Source: Chitinophaga pinensis (GTDB taxonomy: Bacteria > Bacteroidota > Bacteroidia > NS11-12g > UBA955). From it: a stretch of DNA of 64,000 nt. How positions within the stretch are numbered: position 1 is the first letter of the stretch; each line of letters opens with the position of its first letter. The notes beneath the pieces were generated by a model. It saw nothing but the letters and a program-made list of their open reading frames with translations. It had not been told where the DNA came from and ran no database searches. Shown here piece by piece: positions 8,254-19,830 of the stretch. The stretch is taken from positions 67,375 to 131,374 of the forward strand of contig CAMBXL010000004.1 of assembly GCA_945871905.1 (NCBI GenBank). Direction: 5' to 3'. The position numbers and the translations under genes are program-made.

Positions 8254-9429
8254 TTAAAGACTAGATTGGTTTCTTTGTTTCGACTGAAAGAAAGATATAA
8301 TAAACAATGGAGACAATGCCAGTGAGGCACAAATTAAAAACACAGTAATAAAATTACTTGTGTTATTTTGGTAAACAAGCCCACCTATTGAAGAGCCTAT
8401 GATTATTCCAAGCTCCATAAATACAAACAAAGTGCCTACCGCTTTCCCCTTTTGTCCAGGTAAAGAAAGATCTACTGCCCAAGCAAATATTGAAGGTGAC
8501 AATAAACCAAATGCAATACCAAAACAAACAGACGAGATTAAATAAGTGACAATCTCATTACTAAATGCCAATATAAACATACTTATAAATAGCACAATAC
8601 AGCCAATGACAACAATTTTCACCCTTCCATACCTATCACTCCATTCTCCGGCCATTAGCCTTATAAAAACTGAAGCTAAAATATACACTGCCATATACAA
8701 TCCCTTATTTTCAACGTGAATATACGCTGAAAAATCCGCAATCAATGCTAATATTGCACCTGATGAAAATGCAGTCAATAGAAATACCAATGAAGGTAAT
8801 AAAACCTTTTTTTCGATAAGTTCATTTTTATTGATTTTTAGCACACTTAACTTGAATTTAGCTTTATTAGGTATTGATTCCTTGAGGGTTGCAAAAAGAA
8901 TCATTGAAATTAACCCTAGAAACGATGAAAACAAAAACATCCAATCGAGGCCGAAATGTTTAGTAAATTCACTTCCAATAACCCATCCTAATGCGTTACC
9001 AATATTATTGCTTACTCCTATTATTCCCATCGCTTGACCTCTTTTAGCCAAAGGCACTATGTCGTCTGCATAAGCAGTAAAACCTGTTGGTGTAAAGCCA
9101 GCACTTAAACCATGAAAACCTCTAAGGATTAAAAATAAAGATAAAAAAGGAATGTAAATATACAATAAACCACTGAAAGCAGTAATAAATGCACCGAAAA
9201 TCATTACAAAAACCCGACCTACTGTATCGGAAATTTTACCACTAAATGGTCTGGATAATAAGGCAACAGTTGCAAAAGTTGGTATAATCAACCAAATATA
9301 TTCTCTGCCATTAAGTTGTTCTAACAGAAGAGGTAAATCGGGTAAAACCATCGAGAAGCTGCTAAAAAAGAATAAGCAAGCTAAACAAAGTATCCAAAAT
9401 GATTTTGGATATGCTTTAAAACCGTTCAA
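8254..9429 (-). CDS. major facilitator superfamily transporter
   Basis: 391 aa with about 12 predicted TM helices and an MFS-type loop motif (GKISDTVGR). Start is 3 bp after the lepA stop, which suggests co-transcription. Confidence 0.8.
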   Translation of the reverse strand: MNGFKAYPKSFWILCLACLFFFSSFSMVLPDLPLLLEQLNGREYIWLIIPTFATVALLSRPFSGKISDTVGRVFVMIFGAFITAFSGLLYIYIPFLSLFLILRGFHGLSAGFTPTGFTAYADDIVPLAKRGQAMGIIGVSNNIGNALGWVIGSEFTKHFGLDWMFLFSSFLGLISMILFATLKESIPNKAKFKLSVLKINKNELIEKKVLLPSLVFLLTAFSSGAILALIADFSAYIHVENKGLYMAVYILASVFIRLMAGEWSDRYGRVKIVVIGCIVLFISMFILAFSNEIVTYLISSVCFGIAFGLLSPSIFAWAVDLSLPGQKGKAVGTLFVFMELGIIIGSSIGGLVYQNNTSNFITVFLICASLALSPLFIISFFQSKQRNQSSL

Positions 9430-9431
9430 AA

Positions 9432-11222
9432 TTAATCGTCTAGTTTTAAGACAGCCATAAAGGCAGATTGAGGAATTTCAACACTTCCTACAGAACGCAT
9501 TCTTTTCTTACCCTCTTTTTGTTTTTCCAACAATTTACGTTTACGACTTATATCACCTCCATAACATTTGGCAGTTACGTCTTTTCTTAAGGCACTTAAA
9601 GATTCACGGGCAATAATTTTAGCACCTATTGACGCTTGTATGGCAATATCAAACTGTTGTCTAGGAATAAGTTCTCTCAATTTTTTACAAATTTTCTTAC
9701 CTAAATCGAATGCTCTGTCTCTGTGAATGATTGATGACAATGCATCTACAGGTTCTTTATTGAGCATAATATCCATTTTCACTAAGTGAGATAATTTGTA
9801 TTCACTTGGCGAATAATCGAAAGATGCGTAACCACGACTAATCGATTTTAGTTTATCGTAAAAATCAAATACAACTTCAGCTAACGGCATTTCAAATGTC
9901 AATTCCACTCGATTAGTCGTTAAGTAAACTTGATTTTTAATTGTACCTCTTTTATCCATACACAAAGCAATTACCGGTCCTACGAAATCGGAACTAGTGA
10001 TAATTGTTGCATTGATATATGGCTCTTCAACATAGTCGATATGACTTGGGTCGGGCAAATCGCTAGGATTATTTACTTCCACAAACTCACCTTTATTGGT
10101 GTAAGCTTTATATGAAACGTTAGGAACTGTTGTAATAACAGTCATTCCAAACTCTCTTTCCAATCTTTCTTGGATTATTTCCATGTGCAGCATTCCCAAG
10201 AATCCACATCTAAATCCAAATCCAAGAGCTGCAGAACTTTCTGGTTCAAATACCAAAGAAGCATCATTAAGCTGCAACTTGAACATACTTTCTCTTAACT
10301 CCTCATAATCTTCAGTATCAACTGGATAAATCCCGGCAAAAACCATTGGTTTAACATCTTCAAAACCTTGAATGGCAATAGGGGTTGGATTGACAACACT
10401 TGTAATTGTATCACCCACTTTAACCTCTTTTGCTTGTTTTATTCCAGTAATTATATAACCAACATCCCCGGCTAGCACCTCAGCCCTTGGCTCCATTTCC
10501 AACTTTAACGCACCTACTTCATCAGCATGGTATTCGTTGTCAGTATTCATGAATTTTACTTTTTCCCCTTTTCTAACTCTGCCGTCCATCACTTTGTAAT
10601 AAGCGATAATACCACGGAATGAGTTAAAAACTGAGTCAAAAATTAAGGCTTTGAGTGGCGCGTTTAAATCACCTTTGGGTGCAGGAACTCTATCAACAAT
10701 TGCATTTAGAATATCCATGACACCAAGACCTGTTTTACCACTTGCTGGAATTATTGAATCTCTGTCACAACCAATTAAATCAACTATTTGATCTTTAACC
10801 TCTTCGGGCATAGCGCCGGGCAAGTCCATTTTATTTAAAATTGGAATTATTTCTAGGTTGTGCTCAATTGCTAAATATAAATTACTTATTGTTTGAGCTT
10901 GAATACCTTGAGAGGCATCAACAATCAATAAAGCCCCTTCACATGCCGCAATACTTCTACTTACTTCGTAACTAAAATCAACGTGTCCCGGAGTATCAAT
11001 CAGATTAAAAACATATTGTTGTCCTTGGAACACGTAATTCATTTGAATGGCATGACTTTTTATAGTGATTCCTCTTTCACGTTCTAGATCCATGTTATCA
11101 AGCACTTGAGCCATCATTTCTCTTTTAGATACAGTATTAGTGTATTCCAAAAGTCTGTCGGCTAGAGTACTTTTTCCGTGGTCAATATGTGCAATAATGC
11201 AAAAGTTACGAATATGCTGCAT
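9432..11222 (-). CDS. lepA: translation elongation factor 4 (LepA)
   Basis: [25 protein letters not shown]... GTP-binding motifs, the LepA-specific C-terminal domain and 596-aa length. Confidence 0.95.
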   Translation of the reverse strand: MQHIRNFCIIAHIDHGKSTLADRLLEYTNTVSKREMMAQVLDNMDLERERGITIKSHAIQMNYVFQGQQYVFNLIDTPGHVDFSYEVSRSIAACEGALLIVDASQGIQAQTISNLYLAIEHNLEIIPILNKMDLPGAMPEEVKDQIVDLIGCDRDSIIPASGKTGLGVMDILNAIVDRVPAPKGDLNAPLKALIFDSVFNSFRGIIAYYKVMDGRVRKGEKVKFMNTDNEYHADEVGALKLEMEPRAEVLAGDVGYIITGIKQAKEVKVGDTITSVVNPTPIAIQGFEDVKPMVFAGIYPVDTEDYEELRESMFKLQLNDASLVFEPESSAALGFGFRCGFLGMLHMEIIQERLEREFGMTVITTVPNVSYKAYTNKGEFVEVNNPSDLPDPSHIDYVEEPYINATIITSSDFVGPVIALCMDKRGTIKNQVYLTTNRVELTFEMPLAEVVFDFYDKLKSISRGYASFDYSPSEYKLSHLVKMDIMLNKEPVDALSSIIHRDRAFDLGKKICKKLRELIPRQQFDIAIQASIGAKIIARESLSALRKDVTAKCYGGDISRKRKLLEKQKEGKKRMRSVGSVEIPQSAFMAVLKLDD

Positions 11223-11337
11223 AAAAATAAGTGTGCAAAAATAGATAAAAAAAAGAACAATTTATGATGCTATTATTCATAAATGATAAGACTTCTAAAA
11301 CAATACGTTATAGAAGTAAATTAGTATTTTAACATAA

Positions 11338-11366
11338 AAAAAGAGGAACACAAGTTCCTCTTTCCT
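11338..11366 (-). terminator. rho-independent terminator after the lipoprotein gene
   Basis: On the minus strand, gaggaac-ttgt-gttcctc followed by TTTTTTT. Confidence 0.5.
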
Positions 11367-11385
11367 TAATAAAAAATCAAAAAAA

Positions 11386-11949
11386 TTATTGTCCTAATGT
11401 CACCGAATGGGTAGTACGGTCGTAATTAATATTAGCGCCAGAATTAGTCTCTTGATTGTCAACAATTTTTAAAACCAATTTATCATTTCTGAGTTCATCT
11501 ATAATGTAGGTTGAATACTTCATGAGCATTCCATTCATATTTGTAAATGAAATGATGGTTTTATTCCTTTTAGAATCACCCCACATCCAATTGCCTTCTG
11601 AAGTTTTAGTTGAAGTGTTACTTCCATTAGTTGAAGTTTCAACATAAATGCATTTTCCATCTTTTTCAAGTTTTAATTTACCAGTAAAAGTAACTGGATT
11701 TACAAATGGTGTTGAAGACGTTCCATTAATCGTTGTGTTTAATGTAATTTTGGAACCGTCATAAACTTCAACTCTTTTAGTTGCATTTGCGCCATTTCTT
11801 ATTTCACTCACATTTTCATAAGAAACAACCTTCCACTCTCCGACCATTTTTTTATCTCTACTTCTGAAAGATAATCCTGGATCATTTTCGCTTTTTTTGC
11901 AGCCAACAATCATTGTAATGGCTAGAGCTAGAGTAATAATTTTATTCAT
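11386..11949 (-). CDS. lipoprotein of unknown function
   Basis: Lipoprotein signal peptide MNKIITLALAITMIVGCKK. Ser/Thr/Asn-rich beta-type sequence with no catalytic motif. Confidence 0.5.
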   Translation of the reverse strand: MNKIITLALAITMIVGCKKSENDPGLSFRSRDKKMVGEWKVVSYENVSEIRNGANATKRVEVYDGSKITLNTTINGTSSTPFVNPVTFTGKLKLEKDGKCIYVETSTNGSNTSTKTSEGNWMWGDSKRNKTIISFTNMNGMLMKYSTYIIDELRNDKLVLKIVDNQETNSGANINYDRTTHSVTLGQ

Positions 11950-12113
11950 AATATATTTTATTTTTATAACAAAAATATAATAATTATCGAATAATACAAC
12001 AGTTTTTTTAAAATAGATAGTTTTTAAATCATTTTTTTAATTGTGAATCTACTGTTTACAACATTAAATGCATTGCAATTAATACAATAAATTAATTTTG
12101 ATTTTGCACAAAA

Positions 12114-12656
12114 TTAAAAAGGAGAAATAAACAAACTAAATGGCTGATGATTTTTGTCTTTTTCTGACAAAATTGGCTCTTTAATGGCCCAATCAATCCC
12201 AAATTCACTGTCATTCCACATTAAGCCACCCTCCGATTCAGGATGATAAACATCACTGCATTTGTATGAAAAAATAGTTTGATCAACTAATGGTGCAAAG
12301 CCATGGGCAAAACCAACAGGTACATAAAGCATCAAAAAGTTTTCTTCTGTTAATTCAATAGAAAAATGCTTGCCATAGGTTTTTGAATTTTTGCGAATAT
12401 CAATAACCACATCCTGTACCGCACCTTTAATCACTCTAACTAATTTTGCCTGTGCATGTGGTGGCGACTGAAAATGCATTCCTCTTACTATCCCCGTGTT
12501 TGACAATGACTGATTGTCTTGTATAAAATCATCATTAAACCCTAAATCATTAAAAATTTTTTGATTATAACTTTCGAAAAAATATCCCCTTGGGTCCTTA
12601 AATACTCTAGGTTTTATAACTTTTAATCCTTCTATACCGGTCTCTATGATTTCCAT
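12114..12656 (-). CDS. rfbC: dTDP-4-dehydrorhamnose 3,5-epimerase
   Basis: MEIIETGIEGLKVIKPRVFKDPRGYFFESYN...RGMHFQ is the RmlC cupin signature. Start placed at the internal Met, 4 codons into the ORF. Confidence 0.85.
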   Translation of the reverse strand: MEIIETGIEGLKVIKPRVFKDPRGYFFESYNQKIFNDLGFNDDFIQDNQSLSNTGIVRGMHFQSPPHAQAKLVRVIKGAVQDVVIDIRKNSKTYGKHFSIELTEENFLMLYVPVGFAHGFAPLVDQTIFSYKCSDVYHPESEGGLMWNDSEFGIDWAIKEPILSEKDKNHQPFSLFISPF

Positions 12657-12755
12657 TTTATTTGGCAAATTTACTTAAAGAATTAAACAAAGAAACACTT
12701 TATTACATTTTTTAAAGAAAGTTTTCTTTCCTGATTTTTAAATTTAACTTTGTGA

Positions 12756-13793
12756 GTGCCATTTAAAATGAAAAAAAATATATTTAAATCCCTTTTAATT
12801 TTAGCAATAGTTATTGTAATAACCTTTGGATATTTATATTTTATTGTCTTTTCACAATCTGCATTGGATATTAATCAATCTCATTATTTAAAAATCAACA
12901 AAGAGGATAATATTGAAACGATAAGCTCAAAACTAGAAAATGAGTTTGGACTTAAGCACCCTTTCCTATTTATGAAAATAGCTGAAAGAATGAATTTGAA
13001 AAAATTTATTAAAAATGGTAGATATACGATTGACCAAAACATGAATTTAATAGAACTCATCAAAGTATTGAGAAATGGAAAACTTCAAACCGTAAACTTC
13101 ACTATTAGACCCATGATAGATTTAGAATCTTTTGTTGAATATTGTGGAAGTGAATTGGAGCCGGATGCTGAAGTTTTTGCTTCCGTTTTAACAGATTCTT
13201 TATTTTTGGATTCAATCGGTTTTAACAAATCAAACATTTATTCATTAATACTTCCAGACACCTACAACCTTTATTGGCATACCAATGCAGAGGAATTATT
13301 ATTTCGATTAAAAAAAGAATATGATACTTATTGGAATGAAAAAAGAACTAAAAAAGCTGAAAATATTGGATTGACACCAATGGAAATTTCAATTTTGGCG
13401 AGTATTGTCTCCAAAGAATCCAATAAGGTTGATGAAATGCCAACAATAGCAGGCATGTATTTAAACAGGTTAAAGTTAGGAATGCCATTACAGGCTGACC
13501 CAACCGTTAAGTTTGCTTTAAATGACCCAACCATTAAGCGAATTTTAAAAGTCCATTTATTGTTAGAGTCTCCTTACAATACATACCTCAACAAAGGTTT
13601 ACCTCCTGGGCCCATTTGTGTACCAAGTAAACAATCAATAGAAGCGGTATTGAATAATCAGGAAAATGATTTTTTATACATGTGCGCAAAAGAGGATTTT
13701 AGCGGTTATCACAATTTCGCAATCAATTATAAAGAACATCAACTTAATGCACTAAGATACCAAAGTGCATTAAATCAACGCAATATAAGATAA
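12756..13793 (+). CDS. mltG: endolytic murein transglycosylase MltG (YceG-like)
   Basis: N-terminal TM anchor, then the YceG domain with YNTYLNKGLPPGPICVPS. Confidence 0.8.
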   Translation: MPFKMKKNIFKSLLILAIVIVITFGYLYFIVFSQSALDINQSHYLKINKEDNIETISSKLENEFGLKHPFLFMKIAERMNLKKFIKNGRYTIDQNMNLIELIKVLRNGKLQTVNFTIRPMIDLESFVEYCGSELEPDAEVFASVLTDSLFLDSIGFNKSNIYSLILPDTYNLYWHTNAEELLFRLKKEYDTYWNEKRTKKAENIGLTPMEISILASIVSKESNKVDEMPTIAGMYLNRLKLGMPLQADPTVKFALNDPTIKRILKVHLLLESPYNTYLNKGLPPGPICVPSKQSIEAVLNNQENDFLYMCAKEDFSGYHNFAINYKEHQLNALRYQSALNQRNIR

Positions 13794-15032
13794 TTAATTT
13801 TGAGATGCATTCAATCTGATGCTTAATTCAGCATCTATAGCATCTAAAAATTCTTGAGTGTATAAATAGTGTTCACCATGGTTAACTTTATTACCATGAA
13901 TACAAACAGCTAAATCTTTTGTCATTCTTCCACTTTCAACAACATCAACACACACTTTTTCTATAGTATGACAAAAGTTAATTAACGCATGATTGTTGTC
14001 TAATTTTCCTCTGAATTCTAATCCTCTTGTCCAAGCAAATATTGAAGCAATTGGATTGGTTGAAGTTGGTTTGCCAGCTTGATGGTCTCTGAAATGTCGC
14101 GTTACTGTTCCGTGAGCAGCTTCTGATTCCATTGTTTGTCCATCTGGAGTTACCAATACAGAGGTCATTAATCCTAAAGAACCAAAACCTTGTGCAACAG
14201 TATCAGACTGAACATCACCATCATAGTTCTTGCATGCCCATACAAAATTGCCATTCCATTTTAATGCAGAAGCAACCATGTCGTCAATTAATCGGTGTTC
14301 ATAAACGATTCCTGCTTCTTCAAATTTAGATTTATAATCTGCTAAATAAATTTCTTGAAAGATATCTTTAAATCTACCGTCATACTTTTTCAAAATAGTA
14401 TTTTTAGTAGAAAGATACAAAGGCCACTTTTTTTGAAGAGCTGTGTTAAAACATGAATGAGCAAATCCTTTGATTGATTCATCGGTATTATACATAGCAA
14501 GAGCTACGCCATCTCCTTTGAAATTATAAACTTCAAATTCTTGAATTGTCCCATCTTCACCTTCAAACTTTACTGTTAATTTTCCTTTACCTTTAGTTAC
14601 AAAATCCGTTGCACGGTATTGGTCACCAAAAGCATGACGTCCGATACAAATTGGGGCAGTCCAGTTAGGTACTAATCTTGGAACATTTTGACAAACAATT
14701 GGTTCACGAAATACAGTACCATCCAATATGTTACGAATGGTTCCATTCGGTGATTTCCACATTTGTTTTAAGTTGAATTCTTTTACTCTTGATTCATCAG
14801 GTGTAATTGTCGCACACTTGATGCCTACATTATATTTTTTTATAGCCTCAGCTGCATCAATTGTTACTTGGTCATTCGTCGCATCACGGTATTCCATACC
14901 CAAATCATAATATTTAATATCTAATTCTAAGTATGGAAGAATCAATTTATCTTTAATAAATTGCCATATTATTCGGGTCATTTCATCACCATCTAACTCA
15001 ACTATTGGATTTGCTACTTTGATTTTTGTCAT
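13794..15032 (-). CDS. icd: NADP-dependent isocitrate dehydrogenase (homodimeric, eukaryote-like type)
   Basis: [23 protein letters not shown]...[11 protein letters not shown] and a length of 412 aa match the type II IDH family. Confidence 0.9.
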   Translation of the reverse strand: MTKIKVANPIVELDGDEMTRIIWQFIKDKLILPYLELDIKYYDLGMEYRDATNDQVTIDAAEAIKKYNVGIKCATITPDESRVKEFNLKQMWKSPNGTIRNILDGTVFREPIVCQNVPRLVPNWTAPICIGRHAFGDQYRATDFVTKGKGKLTVKFEGEDGTIQEFEVYNFKGDGVALAMYNTDESIKGFAHSCFNTALQKKWPLYLSTKNTILKKYDGRFKDIFQEIYLADYKSKFEEAGIVYEHRLIDDMVASALKWNGNFVWACKNYDGDVQSDTVAQGFGSLGLMTSVLVTPDGQTMESEAAHGTVTRHFRDHQAGKPTSTNPIASIFAWTRGLEFRGKLDNNHALINFCHTIEKVCVDVVESGRMTKDLAVCIHGNKVNHGEHYLYTQEFLDAIDAELSIRLNASQN

Positions 15033-15148
15033 TCTGTTCTATAAATTACAAGAGGCAAAAGTAATTCTAAAAATTAATTAATAAAACATTTGAAACTAAT
15101 ATTCAATTATTTTACAAAATACCCAAAAATAAAAGCAAAAAATACCAA

Positions 15149-16027
15149 TTATGATCGGTCTATTCTAACCCAAGTACAGAGTGGTAAATTAAATCCAGTT
15201 TCTGAAAACACAAGATTTTCGCCCCATTTCCCTTGAACACCAAAATGTGATTTAAGTAAATTGATACCGATAGTTCCGCTTAAACCCATACTATACAAGT
15301 TGAGCAAAACAAAGAAATGTTCTTTGTCTATTATTTTACTGCAATGCTCTATTAGTTCGTTAATATTTTCCTCCAAAACCCATTTTTCTCCTCCAGGGCC
15401 TCTACCATAAGCAGGGGGATCAATAATTATTCCTTGAAAAATAGCGCCTTTATTTCTTTGTCTTTTTACATATTTTAAAGCATCGTCCACTATCCAACGT
15501 ATTTCAGGTGCATTAGAAACTTGCCTGTTTTCATTGGCCCAAGTCACTACATTTTTCACTGCGTCCAAATGAGTAACATCTGCACCAGCCTGAGCAGCAA
15601 CAATACTTGCAGCACCTGTATAAGCGAACAAATTCAAAACTTTAGGTGGTGTGCTAAATGACCTTACTTGTTCATCGATGAAATGCCAATTCTCTATCTG
15701 CTCAACAAAAACTCCAACATGCCCAAATGATGTTAACGATATTTTCAATTGAAGTTTCAATGGTTGGTATTGTATAATCCAGTTTGTAGGAATGTTTTTG
15801 TAAAATTTCCACCCACCATTTTCATTGTTCACGTCTCTGTGACTTTTTTTTGTATGGTCTCTTTCAAATCGAGCATGGGCTTTGTCTTTCCATGCTTGTT
15901 CGCTTAGAGTTCTATTCCAAAGTGCTTGTGGTTCAGGACGAATTAACACATATTTTCCGAACCTTTCTAGTTTTTCGTAGTTTCCACTGTCAATAAGTTC
16001 GTAATCGGGCCAACTAAATTGCTGCAT
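15149..16027 (-). CDS. class I SAM-dependent methyltransferase, RlmI-like rRNA methyltransferase core
   Basis: LNLFAYTGAASIVAAQAGA (a motif I glycine-rich loop) and IIIDPPAYGRG (motif IV), arranged as in the RlmI/YccW-type MTase domain. Confidence 0.55.
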   Translation of the reverse strand: MQQFSWPDYELIDSGNYEKLERFGKYVLIRPEPQALWNRTLSEQAWKDKAHARFERDHTKKSHRDVNNENGGWKFYKNIPTNWIIQYQPLKLQLKISLTSFGHVGVFVEQIENWHFIDEQVRSFSTPPKVLNLFAYTGAASIVAAQAGADVTHLDAVKNVVTWANENRQVSNAPEIRWIVDDALKYVKRQRNKGAIFQGIIIDPPAYGRGPGGEKWVLEENINELIEHCSKIIDKEHFFVLLNLYSMGLSGTIGINLLKSHFGVQGKWGENLVFSETGFNLPLCTWVRIDRS

Positions 16028-16028
16028 C

Positions 16029-18113
16029 TTACTTAAAATCTCTTAATACATTGATGGCTTCTTGAATATAAATATCTTTTTCATATCCTTTGTTCCAGTC
16101 ATTTTTTATTTTCAATTTAAGCTCATCACTATTCAACTCATTTTGGTCGGCAGATGAATTAATCAGCTTAAGGTTTACTACTTTTTTGATTAATTCTTCA
16201 TAACGTTTGTTATCTTCTTCATTTCTTTTAATCTCTGCTTGATAGTCTTCTAAATTTAATGTGTATGAAGTTCTTTTGTCTTGAATTTCAATTCTTTTGG
16301 CAATTGCTTCAATTTCTTTAAACAATGAATTTTCCTCAATTCTTTTTTCGCTTTTTGATTTAATTGACATTATTTGAGGAGAATACTTCTTATTGATTGA
16401 AAAATCAGCTTGTGGAATTTTGTCAGCATTTAATGAAAACTCATTTGACTTTTCACCATACTCTAAATATCTGTAACGGTCAGGAATAATTACATCAGGT
16501 ATAACGCCATTTTTTTGGGTTGTGGTTCCATCAATTCTATAGAATTTTTGAATCGTAATTTTGATTGATCCCAATTTTTCGCCTTCAGGTGAATTGAAAG
16601 CATCATCCAAGTCAAAGAATCTTTGAACCGTACCTTTGCCAAAAGTTGGTGTTCCAATAATCATTGCTCTTTTGTAATCTTGCATTGCGGCGGCTAAAAT
16701 TTCTGATGCTGACGCACTATTTTCATTTACCATAATAGTCAAAGGCCCTGCCCATAACACATCTGAATTTAAATCTGCTAAAATCTCGGGTTTGCGGTCT
16801 CTTGACTTAACCAAAGTAATAGGTCCTTTGTCAATAAAAAATCCTCCTATTTCTACAACGTCCGACAATGAACCTCCGCCATTATCTCTTAAATCCAATA
16901 TTATTCCTTTTACATTATCTTCTTTTAATTTTTCAATCTCTTTTTGTACATCCTTAGAACAAGAACGGCCATTTCTGTCATTCATATCTAAGTAAAAGGA
17001 AGGTAAATATATATAACCATACTTATCTCCCTTAACATCAATAATCATTGATTTGGCATAAGTATCTTCCATTACAACAACATCCCTTATAATTGGAACC
17101 ACAAGGATAGTTTCATCTGGTTTTTTAACTGTAAGTCTTACTTCTGTTCCTTTTTTACCACGTATTAATTGGATGGCATCATCAATCGGCATATTGCTCA
17201 CATCTACAGGTTCGTCTGCACCTTGAGCTACTTTGATAATTATATAGCCGGGTTTCAACTGACCTTGCTTGTAACTCGGACTTCCTGGCACAATAGAAAC
17301 AACACGTATTTGTCCATCTTTCTCTTGTAACTGAGCGCCAATCCCCTCTAACTTACCACTCATTCGAATATCAAAATTCTCTTTGTCTTTAGGTGGAAAA
17401 TAATTGGTATGAGGGTCGAACATTTCTGTTAGGCAATTAAAATAAATACTCAATCGCTCCGTTTTATTGAATTTTTTCAACCTTTTAAACCAATCTTCTT
17501 GCAATTTAAGAACTTCATTTCTTGATTGTTTCTCTATGGTATCATAAGATAATTTTTTAAAAACAGTGTCTTTTCTTAAAATTGCTTTTTCTTGAGCATC
17601 TATTTTTCTTGACAATCTCTCTAGAACTTGTTGTTTAAGAGATTTACGCCAAAATTCCTTAAGTTCTATTTCATTGGATAAATATTTGGGACTATTTTCA
17701 TCGAATTCTAAAGTTTCTTTAACCTTAAAATCAAAAGGGGCTTCTAATATTTCTAAGTACCACTTCTCTACCAAACCAATTCTTTGATTGTGCATGGTAT
17801 TAACTTGATTAAAAAAATCATATTTCCCATCTCTTAATTGATTATCAAGGTCGAACTTATGCTCACTCAGCGAATCAATATTTGACTGAATGAAAAATTT
17901 CTTTCTTGAATCTATTCTGTCTAAATACATTTGAAAAAGTTTTTCCGAAAATTCATTGTTTACCGTTTTGGGTTCATAATGATAATTTTCTAAAACATCA
18001 ACCAATGCCTGAGATAAAAAAGGATCACTTTCTTTGTTTTCTTTGAAACAAAAAGCTAGGGTTAATAAAACAACAGAGGGTAAAAAGTAAATAAGATATT
18101 TAATTTGTTTCAT
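16029..18113 (-). CDS. carboxy-terminal processing protease, S41 family (tail-specific protease)
   Basis: Signal peptide, a PDZ-like segment (QIRVVSIVPGSPSYKQGQLKPGYIIIKV), and the S41 catalytic region (NENSASASEILAAAMQDYKRAMIIGTPTFGKGTVQ). Confidence 0.85.
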   Translation of the reverse strand: MKQIKYLIYFLPSVVLLTLAFCFKENKESDPFLSQALVDVLENYHYEPKTVNNEFSEKLFQMYLDRIDSRKKFFIQSNIDSLSEHKFDLDNQLRDGKYDFFNQVNTMHNQRIGLVEKWYLEILEAPFDFKVKETLEFDENSPKYLSNEIELKEFWRKSLKQQVLERLSRKIDAQEKAILRKDTVFKKLSYDTIEKQSRNEVLKLQEDWFKRLKKFNKTERLSIYFNCLTEMFDPHTNYFPPKDKENFDIRMSGKLEGIGAQLQEKDGQIRVVSIVPGSPSYKQGQLKPGYIIIKVAQGADEPVDVSNMPIDDAIQLIRGKKGTEVRLTVKKPDETILVVPIIRDVVVMEDTYAKSMIIDVKGDKYGYIYLPSFYLDMNDRNGRSCSKDVQKEIEKLKEDNVKGIILDLRDNGGGSLSDVVEIGGFFIDKGPITLVKSRDRKPEILADLNSDVLWAGPLTIMVNENSASASEILAAAMQDYKRAMIIGTPTFGKGTVQRFFDLDDAFNSPEGEKLGSIKITIQKFYRIDGTTTQKNGVIPDVIIPDRYRYLEYGEKSNEFSLNADKIPQADFSINKKYSPQIMSIKSKSEKRIEENSLFKEIEAIAKRIEIQDKRTSYTLNLEDYQAEIKRNEEDNKRYEELIKKVVNLKLINSSADQNELNSDELKLKIKNDWNKGYEKDIYIQEAINVLRDFK

Positions 18114-18170
18114 GATATATATTCAGAAGGGAAAAAAGTATGCCAATAATTGGGTTAATGAGTTTGTTGA

Positions 18171-19793
18171 TTATTTTTTAGATGAATCCATTAATTCTTC
18201 GCCTTGTTCAAAAATAATGTCAACAGGTATTTGCAATTGTATGAGTTTGTTTAAATCGTTTTGTAAATCTGTAGGAATTTGTCCTTTTTCTAATAATAGT
18301 TTTTTAACACCTACTACATCTCCATCTCCTTGTAATTTTAGAATTAAGGCAGACAATTCAGTCATTGCATGTTTCATTTTTGCCATGTCTATTTTGTATT
18401 TTTGAGTTTTTGGATCCTTAGTAAATGCTCCTTTTTCTTGAAAATAGTTGAATCTTATCATGTTCGCTTTACCGTGTGCACTTGCAGCGCCAAATCTAAC
18501 AGAACGGAATATCCCAGCCATAAAGGTAACATAGTAATCCATTAACTGACCTTCGGTTAATACTTTTTTGTTAAATAATTCTGTAATCATGTAAAGGCCT
18601 AAAATATCAGCTTTACCCTCTTCTAGCGCATTATAATTTGCTCCTAAAGCTTCTCTAACAGTTCCTTTTCCATTAATAGTATTTTTAATTCCTAAACCAT
18701 GGGCCACTTCGTGAAACATTGTATTGGCGAAAAAAGCATTGAAATTTACATATTTTATTTGACTTGAGTCGATAAGTGCTTTAGTGATAGGCATCATAAT
18801 GTGGTCAAACTTTGCTTTCATTACATTTTTAATTTGACTTCTACGTGTTCCATAGTTAATTTGTAATTGTTCATCATTTGGAAGATTAACCGCTATCGTT
18901 TTACTTCCTGAGTTACAATCGCCACCATAAAAAATGGCATCATAAGCGTTAATCTGACTATTTCCTCCTGTTTTTTCTGCTTTATATTGATTTTCAACAG
19001 GTAGATTTTTTTGCAATTCAGGCAAATAAGCGACGTATTTCTCTAAGCGTTTACTCCATTCAATATCTTTCACCAACACATAAGCTTCGTATGATGTTTT
19101 CAAACCATACAATTGGTCTTCGTAATTCTCAATTGGTCCTATGATTATGTCATATTTATTACCCTTCATTTGAAGCCAAATTTTATCACTTTCAACGTAT
19201 TCATTACTCATTAATGCATCTGCCCTTGCCAATAAATACGGCAAAAGTTGAGGATCTTGAAGCATTCCTGCTGCTGTTCTTAAAAACATACTTGCTTGAG
19301 CTATGTAGTCAGAATATACTTCATTGTATGGTTTAACAACTAGGCGACCTTCTTCCCTTACGATAATTGAATATGGACTATTTTTTCTCGCATCATCCAA
19401 ACTATCGAATTCCGATTGACGCATGTCTGCAGGATAGTAATTTGCCCCCAAAGGTTTTGTACCTATTCCATTGATAAAAGGTTTATTATCATTTAAACGA
19501 TCCCATGGTCCATAATTGATATCCATGTATTTTTTTACAACTGCATTGGTGATAGTGTCCGTAATGGGGTGTCCAGCATAAGCTTGAAGTTTAAAGATTT
19601 CATTAATCATTTCTGCCGCTTTAACCAAAAATTTAAGGCCTTCTTTTTCCATTTCATTAATTTGGGACAAATCGGTAGAAAGGCGAACTGATTTATAGGT
19701 TGAAAGTTTTTGAGAAACTGAATCTATTGAATATTGTTGGGAGTAGCTATTGAAAATGCTTGCAAAAAAAAGAGTGACTAAAATTTTTTTCAT
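18171..19793 (-). CDS. secreted HExxH zinc metallopeptidase (family uncertain, possibly DPP3-like)
   Basis: Signal peptide MKKILVTLFFASIFNSYSQ. HEVAHGLG zinc-binding motif followed about 20 residues later by EEGKAD (a candidate third ligand). Start taken at the second Met. Confidence 0.5.
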   Translation of the reverse strand: MKKILVTLFFASIFNSYSQQYSIDSVSQKLSTYKSVRLSTDLSQINEMEKEGLKFLVKAAEMINEIFKLQAYAGHPITDTITNAVVKKYMDINYGPWDRLNDNKPFINGIGTKPLGANYYPADMRQSEFDSLDDARKNSPYSIIVREEGRLVVKPYNEVYSDYIAQASMFLRTAAGMLQDPQLLPYLLARADALMSNEYVESDKIWLQMKGNKYDIIIGPIENYEDQLYGLKTSYEAYVLVKDIEWSKRLEKYVAYLPELQKNLPVENQYKAEKTGGNSQINAYDAIFYGGDCNSGSKTIAVNLPNDEQLQINYGTRRSQIKNVMKAKFDHIMMPITKALIDSSQIKYVNFNAFFANTMFHEVAHGLGIKNTINGKGTVREALGANYNALEEGKADILGLYMITELFNKKVLTEGQLMDYYVTFMAGIFRSVRFGAASAHGKANMIRFNYFQEKGAFTKDPKTQKYKIDMAKMKHAMTELSALILKLQGDGDVVGVKKLLLEKGQIPTDLQNDLNKLIQLQIPVDIIFEQGEELMDSSKK

Positions 19794-19830
19794 TGTATGC
19801 TTCAAATTTATGTAAATTTTGTAATTAATG

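Noticed and set aside
18112-18405. 97-aa plus-strand ORF overlapping the 3' end of the metallopeptidase gene
   Set aside because: It overlaps a gene with recognisable motifs on the other strand and has Cys/Ser/Phe-rich nonsense composition with no start context.
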